The notes under the pieces: model-generated
Databases searched by the model: none
What the model saw: only the letters and a program-made list of their open reading frames with translations
Told to the model about the DNA's origin: nothing
Translations under genes and position numbers: made by a program
Shown here: one piece after another, positions 1-10,244 of the stretch
How positions within the stretch are numbered: position 1 is the stretch's first letter
Layout of the letters: each line of letters begins with the position of its first letter
From: an uncultured Nitrospinota bacterium
GTDB lineage: Bacteria > Tectomicrobia > Entotheonellia > J063 > CAVPRW01
NCBI GenBank assembly: GCA_963707985.1
Contig: CAVPRW010000009.1
Coordinates: forward strand, 32,001-96,000
DNA: 64,000 nt
Reading direction: 5' to 3'

Positions 1-29
1 AGGTTGTTGCGTGTTGGCCGCGCAGTGCT

Positions 30-1139
30 CTACGCGAACGCCGGGATGACCTCCTTGCCGAAGAGCGTGATGGAGTTCTTGATCAGCTCGGGGGCGAGAT
101 GGCCAAACCCGTGCTGTGTACAGAGCACGTCATGGCCAATGAGGGCATGCTGCTCCTGGATCTTTCGGATCACCGTATCGGGGCTGCCGACCAGAGCGAG
201 GCCGTTATCGATCCAGAAATCGTAGGACCTGGACCGCTCCCGGAACACGCGGCGCAGCTCGAGACGCTCTGGGGTTCCCGCTTCCGCGGCAATCCTGCCA
301 TCCGCCCCATATCCCATGCCGCTCTGCGCCATCAGCTCGCGCCCGGCGCCGCGGAATTCGGGGTCTGCTGCACGGGGGGTGGCGAGATGCGGTGCAGCCT
401 CTGCCTTGGCCTGTTCGTCCGTTTCCGCTACGTGCACATGGCGCGTCAAAAAAGCCCGCGGCATGGGGCCGGCGTGACCACAGTCCTTCCAGAGCTGGCG
501 CCAGGTGGCGAATTTCTGGGCGATCACCGGGTCGATATCGATATTCTGCGAGACGTGGAAGTTCTGACGCGCCGCGTATTCGAAGCTGGCGGCGCTGTGC
601 GCGGCAAACCACACGGGGGGATGAGGTTGTTGGTACGGCTTGGGTGTGGTCAGTACCTCCACGTATTTGAAGAACTCCCCATCATACGTCACACTGTCTT
701 CGGTCCACGCCTTGACGATGACCTCCAGGGCCTCCTCGCTGATCTCCCGACGCTGCTCGAAGGGCACGTTCCAACGCATGAACTCGTGGGGGGACACGCC
801 GGTGCCGGCCCCAAACTCCAGCCGACCCCGCGATAGGTGGTCCAACATGGCCGCGTCTTGCGCCAACCGTATGGGGTGATGGAAGGGCAATTGGTAGATC
901 ATGACGCCGAATCTGATCGCCCTGGTACCACGCGCCAGGGCTGTCAGGTAGACGTTGGGGGCGCTGAGATAGCTGATCGAAGAGGTCTGATGTTCGATGG
1001 AGAAATAATACTTATAACCGAGCTGCTCGGCTTCCTGGGCGGTGCGAATATGCTCATCGTAGACATCCGCTGCCACCGGAGCGGCTGCCATCGCTGCCTG
1101 TGTGAAGACGTCGTAGAGACCAAGTTCGAGCTGCCCCAT
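30..1139 (-). CDS. LLM-class flavin-dependent oxidoreductase (luciferase-like monooxygenase)
   Basis: Motifs AEQLGY..EH, HPIRLAQDAAMLDHLSRGRLEFG, PKPYQQPHPPVW, LVGSPDTV; start moved to ATG 1139 behind GGAGGGG RBS. Confidence 0.92.
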   Translation of the reverse strand: MGQLELGLYDVFTQAAMAAAPVAADVYDEHIRTAQEAEQLGYKYYFSIEHQTSSISYLSAPNVYLTALARGTRAIRFGVMIYQLPFHHPIRLAQDAAMLDHLSRGRLEFGAGTGVSPHEFMRWNVPFEQRREISEEALEVIVKAWTEDSVTYDGEFFKYVEVLTTPKPYQQPHPPVWFAAHSAASFEYAARQNFHVSQNIDIDPVIAQKFATWRQLWKDCGHAGPMPRAFLTRHVHVAETDEQAKAEAAPHLATPRAADPEFRGAGRELMAQSGMGYGADGRIAAEAGTPERLELRRVFRERSRSYDFWIDNGLALVGSPDTVIRKIQEQHALIGHDVLCTQHGFGHLAPELIKNSITLFGKEVIPAFA

Positions 1140-1245
1140 AAGTTTCCCCTCCATGCCGTCTCGAAAGATCAGCCACGCGCTAGCGGGCGAGATGTCGTGC
1201 CGGTGCGTTCACCAGTCGACCTTCCCGCCAGCGCGTGCCAGGCGA

Positions 1246-2121
1246 TTACGCCGCTCGCACGTACTTGTCCACGCTGTGGCTTGTGGTCAACCCCAAGTAG
1301 ATGTCGCCTCGGGAGTCCACCCACAACCCATGGGTGTGGCGGATCGGCCATTGGGCCATGATCTTGCCGTCGGCATCCCGAATGCTGAGACGCGGCGGCT
1401 GGCCGTCTGCCGCCTGTTCGCAGATGTAAAACGCACCATCCTTGTCCAGGACGATGTCGTTCGGTCCACCCATGCCGGTCCACATGGTCAGAAATTCCCC
1501 GTCAGCCGAGAAAATCTGTATGCGCCGATTGCTGCGGTCACAGACGTAGACCTTACCGTCCGGTGCGGCCATGACGCTGTGTGGCAGGTGGAACTGACCG
1601 GGTGCCGTCCCCGGCTCGCCCCAAGAGTTGATGAGCTGGCCGTCGCCCGTAAACCGATGCACGCGCGCGTTCTGATAGCCGTCGGAAACGTAAATGTTCC
1701 CGGAAGGGCTAGACACCATCTCGGTGGGATAGTTAAATGGGCCCGCCGCATGAGGGACCACGCCGCCGGGCTTCTCGCACCCGGTCTCAGAAGGGACGCC
1801 ACGCTTGCCGATCACCTGCAAGGGCTTACCCTCCAGGGTGAAGGTCATGGCGATACAATCCGACCGATCCGTGAGATAGACAATATCGTTGGCGATGCTC
1901 AGGCCGTGCGGGTCCGTGATGGCGCCAATCCCCCAGGCCTTGAGGTAGTTGCCGTCGCGGTCGAAGACCACGACGGGATGGTCCGTGCGTTGGAAGACGT
2001 AGACCCGGTCCTGGGAATCGGTCGCCACCGTGCTGACTATCCCGAACGACTGCCCAGCAGGGAGCTTAGGAAAGTCCTGAATAAACTCGTAGCGGTATTT
2101 ACCTGTGCCAACTGTCGTCAT
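1246..2121 (-). CDS. NHL-repeat beta-propeller protein (peptidyl-alpha-hydroxyglycine alpha-amidating lyase-like)
   Basis: Repeats such as FNYPT..IYVSDGYQNARVHRF and GQFHLPHSV..VYVCDRSNRRIQIF; start at MTTVGTGK behind GAGGGG. Confidence 0.88.
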   Translation of the reverse strand: MTTVGTGKYRYEFIQDFPKLPAGQSFGIVSTVATDSQDRVYVFQRTDHPVVVFDRDGNYLKAWGIGAITDPHGLSIANDIVYLTDRSDCIAMTFTLEGKPLQVIGKRGVPSETGCEKPGGVVPHAAGPFNYPTEMVSSPSGNIYVSDGYQNARVHRFTGDGQLINSWGEPGTAPGQFHLPHSVMAAPDGKVYVCDRSNRRIQIFSADGEFLTMWTGMGGPNDIVLDKDGAFYICEQAADGQPPRLSIRDADGKIMAQWPIRHTHGLWVDSRGDIYLGLTTSHSVDKYVRAA

Positions 2122-2505
2122 GTCGATTCCCCTCTGATGCCCCTCTAGAATCATGCAGTTGTCAGCGAAGTAGATGGCGGAAACGTCGGTCGCATGCTCA
2201 AGCATGTTGACCCGCAGCAGGGAGGAGGGGCAAGGACTCCTCTCCACGAGTCCGAACGCTTCTTGTAGACTCGGGGCTATGGTATCACGTCTGCGTTCTT
2301 GGATCGAGATCGTTGCAGAAAGGGCCGCCTGTCGCACGGATAGAGGGAAGTGTTAGCCGTTCTGCAACAAAAATTGTCGACACTCTTGACACCTTTGCAT
2401 ACTTAGCAGAATATCGCTGGCAACTAGCGCACTGATACGGCATGTTGTAACGCCGGGTGGAGGGCTCCTGGCAGCGGTGCAACCCTGGAGTAGAGGAGAA
2501 GACCT

Positions 2506-3666
2506 ATGGCCACCAAACAACTCTGCATCTCAGCGGACTCCCATGTCGTAGAGTCGGCTGACTTCTTCAAGCCCCTGGTAAAACGCTTTGGGGATCAGGC
2601 ACCGCGGGTCGTCATCGCCGATCCGGACCGCGGCCCCCAGCTCGCCCTCGGCAACGGCCAACTCGGCCTGGGGATCTCGGGCTTCTTCATGGCCAACGTC
2701 GACTTCACCACCCCGGAAGCTCTCGAGTTGCGTAAGAAGGGTTATGACCTGGCACGTCCGGGGGTGTATGACGTCAACGAGCGCCTGAAGGACCAGGACC
2801 TTGACGGCATCGACGCCGAGGTGTTGTATCCCAGCGTGCTGTTCAACGTCTATCAGATCAAGAACCTGGAAATCATCAAGGCGGCCTTCGCGGCCTATAA
2901 TGACTGGACTGCGGATTACTGCCAGGAGGCGCCTGATCGGCTCTTCCCATTGGCCTGCCTGCAGCTCTATGATCTGGACGACGCTATCGCCGAGATGGAG
3001 CGCGCCAAGAAGTTGGGCCACGTGGGGGTGTGTATCCCGGCGACGGCACCGGCCGACCGCCTGTACTCCGACCGCTGGTACGACAAATTCTGGGACGCCG
3101 CACAGACGATGCAAATGCCGCTGACCATGCACATCTTCACCGGCGCCACCCCCAATCATGGTCTGCCCTTCAGCCAGGCCGGGAGCCCGCTGGCATTCGC
3201 CGGTGTCATGTTCACCATCGCCGACCTCATTCAGTCGGGTGTGTGCGAGCGCCACCCTGGACTCAAGTTCGTCATCACCGAGTTCGAGACCGGCTGGACG
3301 GCCATCATGCTGAAGCGGCTCGATTGGAACTACATTCGCGGCGGGGGCGCCAAGACTTTTGGTAACCCAATGAAGCCAAGCGCATACTGGAAGCGGAACT
3401 TCTACGTCACGTTCGAGGACGATCCGATCGGCATCCGGACACGCGACTTCATCGGCACGAATACCCTCCTCTGGGGCAGCGATTATCCACACGGAGACTC
3501 GATTTTCCCGCATTCCCAGCAGGTCCTGAACCAAGTGTTGCAAGACTGTACACCCGAAGAGCGCTACGAGATGACGGTGAAGAACGTGGTGGAGCTCTAT
3601 AAGCTGCCGTTTACGCTTGAGGGGCCATCGCAAGCCAAGGTGGGCGCCAGCGTCGGCCACAGCTAA
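2506..3666 (+). CDS. Amidohydrolase family protein (Amidohydro_2)
   Basis: ISADSHVVE metal motif, DGIDAEVLYPS, MH, WGSDYPHGD; GAGGAG RBS. Confidence 0.92.
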   Translation: MATKQLCISADSHVVESADFFKPLVKRFGDQAPRVVIADPDRGPQLALGNGQLGLGISGFFMANVDFTTPEALELRKKGYDLARPGVYDVNERLKDQDLDGIDAEVLYPSVLFNVYQIKNLEIIKAAFAAYNDWTADYCQEAPDRLFPLACLQLYDLDDAIAEMERAKKLGHVGVCIPATAPADRLYSDRWYDKFWDAAQTMQMPLTMHIFTGATPNHGLPFSQAGSPLAFAGVMFTIADLIQSGVCERHPGLKFVITEFETGWTAIMLKRLDWNYIRGGGAKTFGNPMKPSAYWKRNFYVTFEDDPIGIRTRDFIGTNTLLWGSDYPHGDSIFPHSQQVLNQVLQDCTPEERYEMTVKNVVELYKLPFTLEGPSQAKVGASVGHS

Positions 3667-3730
3667 GGCTGGGTGTCCGCCCCTGACAGTGATTGTCTAG
3701 GCTGCGCACCATCAGGAATGCCTTTATTTT

Positions 3731-3763
3731 CCCTCTCCCTCCGGGAGAGCGCAGGGTGAGGGC
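3731..3763. repeat. REP-like palindrome (CCCTCTCCC-n-GGGAGAG...GGGTGAGGG type)
   Basis: ccctctccctccgggagagcgcagggtgagggc in an intergenic region; resembles a widespread extragenic palindrome class. Confidence 0.6.
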
Positions 3764-3841
3764 CAAACAGATCTAGGGAGCGCGCTGGCGGTTCCCAGAC
3801 CGCCATACACTGATCTGCAATCCACTATAGGAGCATTTGCA

Positions 3842-4795
3842 ATGGCTACTGCGACCAGCACGACCGTCCTCAACACCGCCATCGCCACGTACCCACACAC
3901 CAAAGGCCTGAAAGACGGCAGCGTCACCGCACCTGGCTTGCAGTTCGAGCACCTCGACATCAGCCCCATCATCGTGGCCTTCCGCCGCATGTGCCGTGGC
4001 CTCGAATTCGACGTCTGCGAGATGGCGATCACCACCTACCTGACGGCCAGGGCTTACCACAAGCCCTTCACGGCCCTCCCGGTTTTTGTCTTGCGCCAGT
4101 TCCAGCATGCCCCCATCGTCTACAACGTCAAGTCGGGGGTGAGGTCGCCCAAGGACTTGGAGGGCAAGAAGGTCGGCGTGCGGGCCTACACTGTCACCAC
4201 CGGCGTCTGGGCTCGGGGCATCCTAGCGACGGAGTATGGCGTGGACCTGAGCAAGGTTACCTGGGTGCTGAACGACGAGGAGCATGTCGAGGAATACCAC
4301 CAGAAGTATCCGGCCAACGTCATCTATCAGGCGGGGGCAAATCTCGGGACGATGGTGGCCAACGGCGAGCTGGCAGCGGCCATCGGCGTGGGCCGCGTGG
4401 ACTCTCCGGATGTGAAGCCTCTGATCCCCAACGCCCGCGAGGCGGAGACGGCCTGGTATCGCAAAACGGGGATCTATCCCATCAATCATACCGTGGTGGT
4501 GAAGGACGCCTTGTTACAGACAGACCCGACGTTGGCACCGCGATTGTTCAACGCCTTCAAGGAAGCGAAGGCGGCGTTCCTGCAGCGGCTAAACTCCGGG
4601 GCTGAGCTCTCCGCTGAGGAGCAAACCCTGGCCCAGCGCCGCAGCTTGGTGGGGGATGACCCGTTGCCCTACGGCCTGGCACGCAACCGCCCAGCGCTGG
4701 AGGCAGTGATCCGGTTCGCCCACGACCAGCAGATCCTGCCGCGCCGGGTGAGCCCCGAGGAGATATTCCCCAGTACCACGCTGGATTTGGAGTAG
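3842..4795 (+). CDS. SsuA/THI5-fold protein, 4,5-dihydroxyphthalate decarboxylase-like
   Basis: FRRMCRGLEFDVCEMA, DLEGKKVGVRAYTVTTGVWARGIL, GIYPINHTVVV, DPLPYGL..NR. Confidence 0.82.
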   Translation: MATATSTTVLNTAIATYPHTKGLKDGSVTAPGLQFEHLDISPIIVAFRRMCRGLEFDVCEMAITTYLTARAYHKPFTALPVFVLRQFQHAPIVYNVKSGVRSPKDLEGKKVGVRAYTVTTGVWARGILATEYGVDLSKVTWVLNDEEHVEEYHQKYPANVIYQAGANLGTMVANGELAAAIGVGRVDSPDVKPLIPNAREAETAWYRKTGIYPINHTVVVKDALLQTDPTLAPRLFNAFKEAKAAFLQRLNSGAELSAEEQTLAQRRSLVGDDPLPYGLARNRPALEAVIRFAHDQQILPRRVSPEEIFPSTTLDLE

Positions 4796-5011
4796 GGCGA
4801 GCGCTCCACCCTGCAGCTCCCGAGTCAGCCCGCCCATGTCACGCCCCGCATCACACCATTTCAGATGCGGGGCTGCTCGGTGGCGGGCACCTCTCCATGC
4901 GGGCGAGATATCGTTGGCCCGTCATGGCGTGCGCTTCGTGGATGAATGGCGCGAGTGCCGGCGCCATGTCCTTGAGGTCTACGGTGCGGTAATCGCCTGG
5001 AGTCAAGGGTT

Positions 5012-5425
5012 TTACCCGCTGAATGCATCACACGACACGTTGGTGTGCCAGTTCACGAACGTCCCGGTGGGGCTGTGCTTCCACGCCCACACGTGCAGCG
5101 TGTAGAACGCCGGCAACCCGAAGCGATTGGGGGCCTCGAACAGATGCAACAGCTGCCCCATCAGCTCCGGAGGACTGTCGTGCTTGTCGTCCCGCGCCTT
5201 CGCGAGCACGAGGTAGTCCGCCTCCGCGACGGCCACGTCCTGGAAGCGCGCGGTCGCCTCGCGGACCACTTTGACGAGCGCGCTCGCCTTCGCCTTCTGG
5301 TCAGCACTGGCTGGCGCGGCCGCGGCGTGCGAGCGATCGCGTTGCGCCATCACGGGTGACGACCAAAAACTCATGAGCACGAGAACACCGGCAACGGCAT
5401 GTTTCGCGAATCGTCGGATCTTCAT
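5012..5425 (-). pseudogene. Secreted hypothetical protein (YTLHVWAW family), probably internally deleted
   Basis: Signal peptide, VREATARFQDVAVAEA then directly DYLVL, C-terminal FYTLHVWAWK..P.GTF; GGAGG RBS. Confidence 0.55.
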
Positions 5426-5526
5426 CGTAGAACCCTCCTGAGTGCGGGACCCGGCGAGTGTTCCGGTGCCGCCAAGGAGTCCGAACCCCTGACTGGAGAT
5501 ATCGAAAACGGTCAGTGAAAGACGAC

Positions 5527-5884
5527 ATGGGGTTGGCCAAGCGGGAGATGCCGCCCGGTGTCGAGCACCGGCAACACTCCTATCTCAACAACCGCGCCGA
5601 GAATTCCCACCAACCGACCCGCCAGCGAGAGCGGCGCATGGGACGATTCAAGTCCCCCGGCCACGCGCAACGCTTGCTCTCGGCGTATGGCCCCATTGCG
5701 TCACACTTTCGCCCGCGACGCCACCGGCTCCCCGCCCCTGAGTATCGCCAGCAGATGGCGCAACCATTCCAAACGTCGTGGGAGATCACGGGTACGGCCC
5801 TCGCTGCGTAAGCGAGGAGTGGAGTGTCATCCTCTTGCTTCTGGACCGGGTGATCGCTTCAAGACGTGTTAATTTGACAATGCC
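5527..5884 (+). mobile_element. IS6-family transposase C-terminal fragment with right inverted repeat
   Basis: EHRQHSYLNNRAENSHQPTRQRERRMGRFKSPGHAQR; ends in gttaatttgacaatgcc (5868-5884; reverse GGCATTGTCAAATTAAC). Confidence 0.85.
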
Positions 5885-6451
5885 GTCACGAGCCTGACGT
5901 CAACGAGATCGTCAAACCACGAACATCACCTCCTTTCTCGCCGCTCGTTGAGCGCCTCTTGCATCGTCCCTCGTGAGGTCTCATCAGCGAGGCCCCAGCC
6001 CGCCAGCGTTCCCTGAGCCGTGCCGCCTGCGTCACCCCTGGTGGTCGTCCCATCTGAGCGGTCTGTACTCCATAAGAGGGCCAAACCGGTGCCAGCCGGC
6101 TGGGCTGGCACTGAGGGCTGTGTTGACAAGTAGTTGCAGCGTACCAGCGGCTCGGCATGGGCCTGCCCCCCCTGCGACGGAAGATGACAGGCAACACGCC
6201 GCCATGGAGGGCAGGGCACGGCCGACTAGGCCCGTCGAGGGTTCCACTCCGGTTGCAGGTGCCACCGACGTCGCACCCTCCACGCCCTGAGGCGAGGAGA
6301 TGGCGCGTTTGGGCCCGATCGCGCCCGCGCGCGAGGGAGCCCCCGCATCCAGGCGATGGCTCACCTATGTGGTGCCCCAGCCGCGGTGGGCGCCGCCACA
6401 GACGTTCATTCAACACCAGGCGCGACGATCCCAACAGGGGGCAAGAAAAGG

Positions 6452-6760
6452 CTAGCTGGGTTTGAGCAGGCCCGTCATGGGCCAGCGCCACAGGATTTCC
6501 GCCTTGATGTGCCCCAGGTGTGCGGGGGCTAGCTCCGCGTCAAGCGGGATGAGCACAATCCGATGATCGCCGTAGGCACGCAGCTGAATCTTCGGGTTCC
6601 GTGTCAAGCCCCGGTCGAACTGGGCCAGGGCCTCCTGCATCTCATGCTGCACCTTCGCGCGAAAGGTGTCGGCGTCCACCGGGAGCACCAGGGCGTCAAT
6701 CACGGGCCGGTGTGCGGCCATCCCCAAGGGCTGGAGCAACGCGTCCAGTCGCAGCGGGTA
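6452..6760 (-). pseudogene. Tn3-family transposase internal fragment
   Basis: LPVDADTF..MQEAL..FDRGL..NPKI..IKAEILWRWPMTGLL resembles TnpA central region. Confidence 0.7.
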
Positions 6761-6808
6761 TGTCTCTTCCCCATCACTGATAGTCCCCGGTAAGCCTTTG
6801 GCCGTCTG

Positions 6809-7030
6809 CTACAATCCGGTCAACCGCATCGCGAGATGGAACCAATCGAGCCGGTGCTCGGCCTCCGGGCTCAGATAGGACTGCAGGTCCCGCACCGTAT
6901 TGCCCCCATCTGAGAGAAACGTGCTCCGCTGCTTCATCTTGAAGCGTTGAGACGTGAGGACCTCAAAGAGCCGCCGCTTGGGCTTCGTGTCGAAGGTTTG
7001 CACAAATCCAAAGCACTTGCCAGACGAGAT
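6809..7030 (-). pseudogene. ISKra4-family transposase fragment
   Basis: KCFGFVQTFDTKPKRRLFEVL..TFLSDGG.TVRDLQ.YL.PEAEH.LDWFH..MRLT. Confidence 0.8.
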
Positions 7031-7382
7031 ATCCTCCGTGTGGTCTCGTTGAATTGGACTGCGAGCTTCATGGGAGCCATCTTCCAGTCTGGGTGACACT
7101 GCTTAGGTAGTTCATTCCACTCTAGACTAATGGATTACCCAAGGGTTTTGATGCTCTCTTGTTGAAGTGTGGTCGTCATCTGCCGATCTCTTGCTAGCGA
7201 TGACTCCACTCGTGACTCCGTCCCTCGTTTCTGCTGATTCGACGCGCCTCGAACACCTCCGGGGTTTACCTAGCACTTCGATGCGGTTGAAGTGAGTTGA
7301 CATTTGTCGTAATTTTTCATGTTTTGTCGGTTGACAGCAGCGCACATAGTTTCTATGCTCGTTGCTATCATGGAAACGTTCA

Positions 7383-7679
7383 ATGGCAGCAGACATTCGC
7401 GTTACCTATCACATCCGCCGGTGGCGGTTGCGCCGGCATCTGAGGCAAGCCACCCTGGGTGCGCAAGTGGGACTCGGCGCCTCGACGATCTCCGCCTACG
7501 AACACGGCGACGTCGACATTCCCACCTACCGACTTTGTCGCCTCGCACAGGCCTTGCAGGTCACGTTGAACGATCTCGTCACGTGGACCGATGCCCCCGC
7601 GCCACCCAGAGACAAGCCGCCCGCCTCAACCGATGGCCTCCTAGACCCCAGCAGTCCTGGCCCACGATCCCTCTCATGA
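7383..7679 (+). CDS. XRE/HTH_3 transcriptional regulator
   Basis: IRRWRLRRHLRQATLGAQVGLGASTISAYEHG..P....L.RLAQALQV. Confidence 0.85.
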   Translation: MAADIRVTYHIRRWRLRRHLRQATLGAQVGLGASTISAYEHGDVDIPTYRLCRLAQALQVTLNDLVTWTDAPAPPRDKPPASTDGLLDPSSPGPRSLS

Positions 7680-7957
7680 GCCCTCTTTGGCCAGGTCTCG
7701 TCTGGGTATGGCGAGGACTCCTGGTCGGTACGCTGGTGCTCGTCTGGCCGGGAGTCTCAGCGGCGTGGCCTGCTGGCGATCGGCCGCGCACAAGCATGCC
7801 CGAGGACGTGAGCCCACTGCTGGATGACCGAGACTTGGAGGGTGGCCGTCCATCAGCGCCCACGAGGCGGACGATGGCGCTTGGCCTGGCACCTCTGACC
7901 ATTGGGCCGCGCGGCGATCACGCCCACTCACTGTATTCGCATGTATGGGCAATGTAA
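7676..7957 (+). CDS. Hypothetical protein with signal-peptide-like N-terminus, ATGA-coupled to XRE gene, probably truncated
   Basis: ATG overlaps XRE stop; MSPLWPGLVWVWRGLLVGTLVLVWPGVSAA. Confidence 0.35.
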   Translation: MSPLWPGLVWVWRGLLVGTLVLVWPGVSAAWPAGDRPRTSMPEDVSPLLDDRDLEGGRPSAPTRRTMALGLAPLTIGPRGDHAHSLYSHVWAM

Positions 7958-8135
7958 AAGCACGCTCAACGGTCCACCGTTTCAGGCGATCAGCCAACGT
8001 AAAGTATGAGATGCCAAGAATGGTTGCCCAGTCTCTCATGCATCGTGTTTCACCGTGATAGGTCATCCAATGCGTCATACGGGTATTTCGCATTTGTATA
8101 TCTTTCGTTGCCCAATAGTCATTCTCCGGGCTATA
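7950..8135 (-). pseudogene. Phage-type HNH endonuclease C-terminal fragment
   Basis: YSPENDYWAT..Q.RN.R....TYHGET....DWA.ILGI...TL..RL.RWTVERA, typical tail of phage HNH proteins. Confidence 0.65.
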
Positions 8136-8500
8136 CGGATAGAAACTCAATTTGAAAATGCGCTTTGTAATAGCGGTAGATGGTCAGGGCGTTCAAATCC
8201 ACATCAGTGCTTAAGAGCACAGCACTGCGCTTGTGCTTGGTATCGACCACGAGCATCACGCGCAGGTTACACTGAAACTGGATATGGTTGACAGCCTGGT
8301 GATAGAGCACAATGGGATCACCTTCGGTCTCAAGAGGTGCAAAGCGTGTGAGGTCCCCAGTTCACCTTGCCGCCGTACGTCTTGGGGCGCCCTGGTCCAG
8401 GGCGTTCTGGTCCGTGGTGGAGATAGCGTAGCTGGGCATCGATTCGTAGTTTGCCCATCTGGTGTCGTCCTAACGCTTGGACACCGTTAAGGTAAGTGAG
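8130..8500 (-). pseudogene. DDE transposase fragment (IS4-like), frameshifted near 8357
   Basis: GKLRIDAQLRYL..GRPKTYGGKVNW, then in another frame LLSTDVDLNALTIYRYYKAHFQIEFL (Y-x-x-R/H..IE signature). Confidence 0.7.
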
Positions 8501-8606
8501 GAAATAACCGCCATTGCGTATAGGAAGAGCAACGGCCCATAAGGCGTTGCCACAACCGTAGACCCCCGCTCGCTTGGCCGGTGAGCGGTGTAGCACCCCG
8601 AAAGAG

Positions 8607-8648
8607 GCGCCGATCCGAGCTCGGTAAACGGATCGGCGCTTTTCTTTT
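8607..8648 (+). terminator. Strong intrinsic terminator in the leader of the sigma-like gene
   Basis: Perfect 11-bp stem gcgccgatccg/cggatcggcgc followed by ttttctttt. Confidence 0.75.
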
Positions 8649-8684
8649 GGGGGGATGGTGCCAGGTTTCTGGGAGGATCTCGCG

Positions 8685-9227
8685 ATGTGGACCCCTGAGG
8701 CCATCGCAGCCAAGCGAGGGCTCATCCAGGCGTGTGCCTACAAACACTGGGCGAAGTGGCGCGGTACTCTGGATCGCAGCTTTCTGGAGGATCTGGAGCA
8801 AGAGGCCTGGGTGGCCGCGTTGGCGGTCGACCCCGAGCATCCGTACCTCGCCCAGAAGCTTGATGACGCGCTGCGGACCGCCATTCGCTACTGGCGACTG
8901 GGCTATCGGGCCAAAAGCTCCACGACGGCCCCGCGCCAGATCTGGCAGCCGGTGCCGCTGGAGCGCCTCGCGACCCAGCAGGTCTTGCAGGGGCGGGCGC
9001 CGATGGGACCGGAGACCAGCACTATGTTGCGCCAACAGCTTCGGCGCATCTGGCGGCGAGCGACCTGTCGCATGCGGCACGTCTGGTGGGGGCAATTGTT
9101 GGAGAATAGTCTGTATCTCAAGGGCGTCGAGGCGCGGCGGTTGGGCCTGAGCACACACCAACTCAGCCGCGCCCGCCGACAACTGCAGCGGCTAGCCACT
9201 GCCGTGATCACAGGAGCCACGCGATGA
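8685..9227 (+). CDS. Sigma-70/ECF-like or phage activator protein
   Basis: GGAGG RBS; region-2-like LEDLEQEAWVAAL and C-terminal HTH-like EARRLGLSTHQLSRARRQL. Confidence 0.55.
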   Translation: MWTPEAIAAKRGLIQACAYKHWAKWRGTLDRSFLEDLEQEAWVAALAVDPEHPYLAQKLDDALRTAIRYWRLGYRAKSSTTAPRQIWQPVPLERLATQQVLQGRAPMGPETSTMLRQQLRRIWRRATCRMRHVWWGQLLENSLYLKGVEARRLGLSTHQLSRARRQLQRLATAVITGATR

Positions 9228-9492
9228 CCTGTCTCGTCGTCCTGATACTCGTAGAGGTCTTGGGCATGTTTGTCCATAGCAAGTAGCATATGGTGGCGGG
9301 GCGTTAAGGCTGTGGTGGCGCGGTCAGTAAGATGCAACTACGAGAGCATGGTGTCAAGAGGCCGCCTACGGGGGTAACGGAAGGGACGGTGCGATGGGGC
9401 GCAATGAAGATTGCAACCTAACTCCATCCCTGACCTGCGCATCCACAGGTTAACCTGATCCACGGATCGGGGGTCGAAGAGGAGGACCTGTA

Positions 9493-9984
9493 GTGCCATT
9501 CGCGCACTATCCCAACGTACCTCGGCCGGTCGATGCCCATGAGGTCGCCCCGCGAGGGGGCCGGGGTGCGGTTCCCTGCACGCCTGGACGCGAGCGCCTC
9601 GAAGCGGCGGTCTGCGAGGCCGCCTTTCGCTACCAGCTGCAGCAGCCGCTGGTGGATCAGACCTGGATCCCGCGCTATTATCTCGCGCTCCAGGGGCATG
9701 ATCCGGACGAGGCGCTCCTCCGCCGCCTCCGCGAGCTGACGCCCTGGGTCCAGCCGCTGTCGCAGTGCCTGGTGACGGCCCGGAACGGCGTGCTAGACCG
9801 CACCACCGGCGCTGGCGGGGTGATTGTACAGGTGGTGCGCCTGACCTGGGTTCATGGGGCGGCCGCGGACGTGGTCGGGGGCTACTACATCACCCACCGC
9901 CACGCCGCTGGCCTCCGCTACCGCGTCGAGCAGCATGGACATGACTGGGCCGTGACGACCGTCGACCTCCTGTGGCGGGCGTGA
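9493..9984 (+). CDS. Hypothetical protein
   Basis: GGAGGA RBS before GTG; 163-aa ORF with GC-rich coding-like codon usage. Confidence 0.6.
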   Translation: MPFAHYPNVPRPVDAHEVAPRGGRGAVPCTPGRERLEAAVCEAAFRYQLQQPLVDQTWIPRYYLALQGHDPDEALLRRLRELTPWVQPLSQCLVTARNGVLDRTTGAGGVIVQVVRLTWVHGAAADVVGGYYITHRHAAGLRYRVEQHGHDWAVTTVDLLWRA

Positions 9985-10244
9985 CGCATGATCGTCTCAC
10001 GCCCCCGAATCGCACCTTTCAATACCAAATAGGATCTTTGGGAGTCTTTATTTTTGGCATACTTCGGTCGGAAGCAACAGAGGTACGCAAAGTTGCATAG
10101 CTTTTTGGAGGATGCTGTCATCTCAACAGGTGACCAAATTCTTGGGTCTGCAGCATTTGTTGCGATTTACCCATTTTCCGGCAAATCGTTGCCCTACCTC
10201 ACGGCATTGGGCACCTCTAGTGAGATGAAAGCGCCGTCAGCATA

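Noticed and set aside
5886..6450. ORFs and a strong SD (AAGGAGGTGAT, minus strand near 5930)
   Set aside because: No credible ORF follows before the IS6 end; translations are low-information
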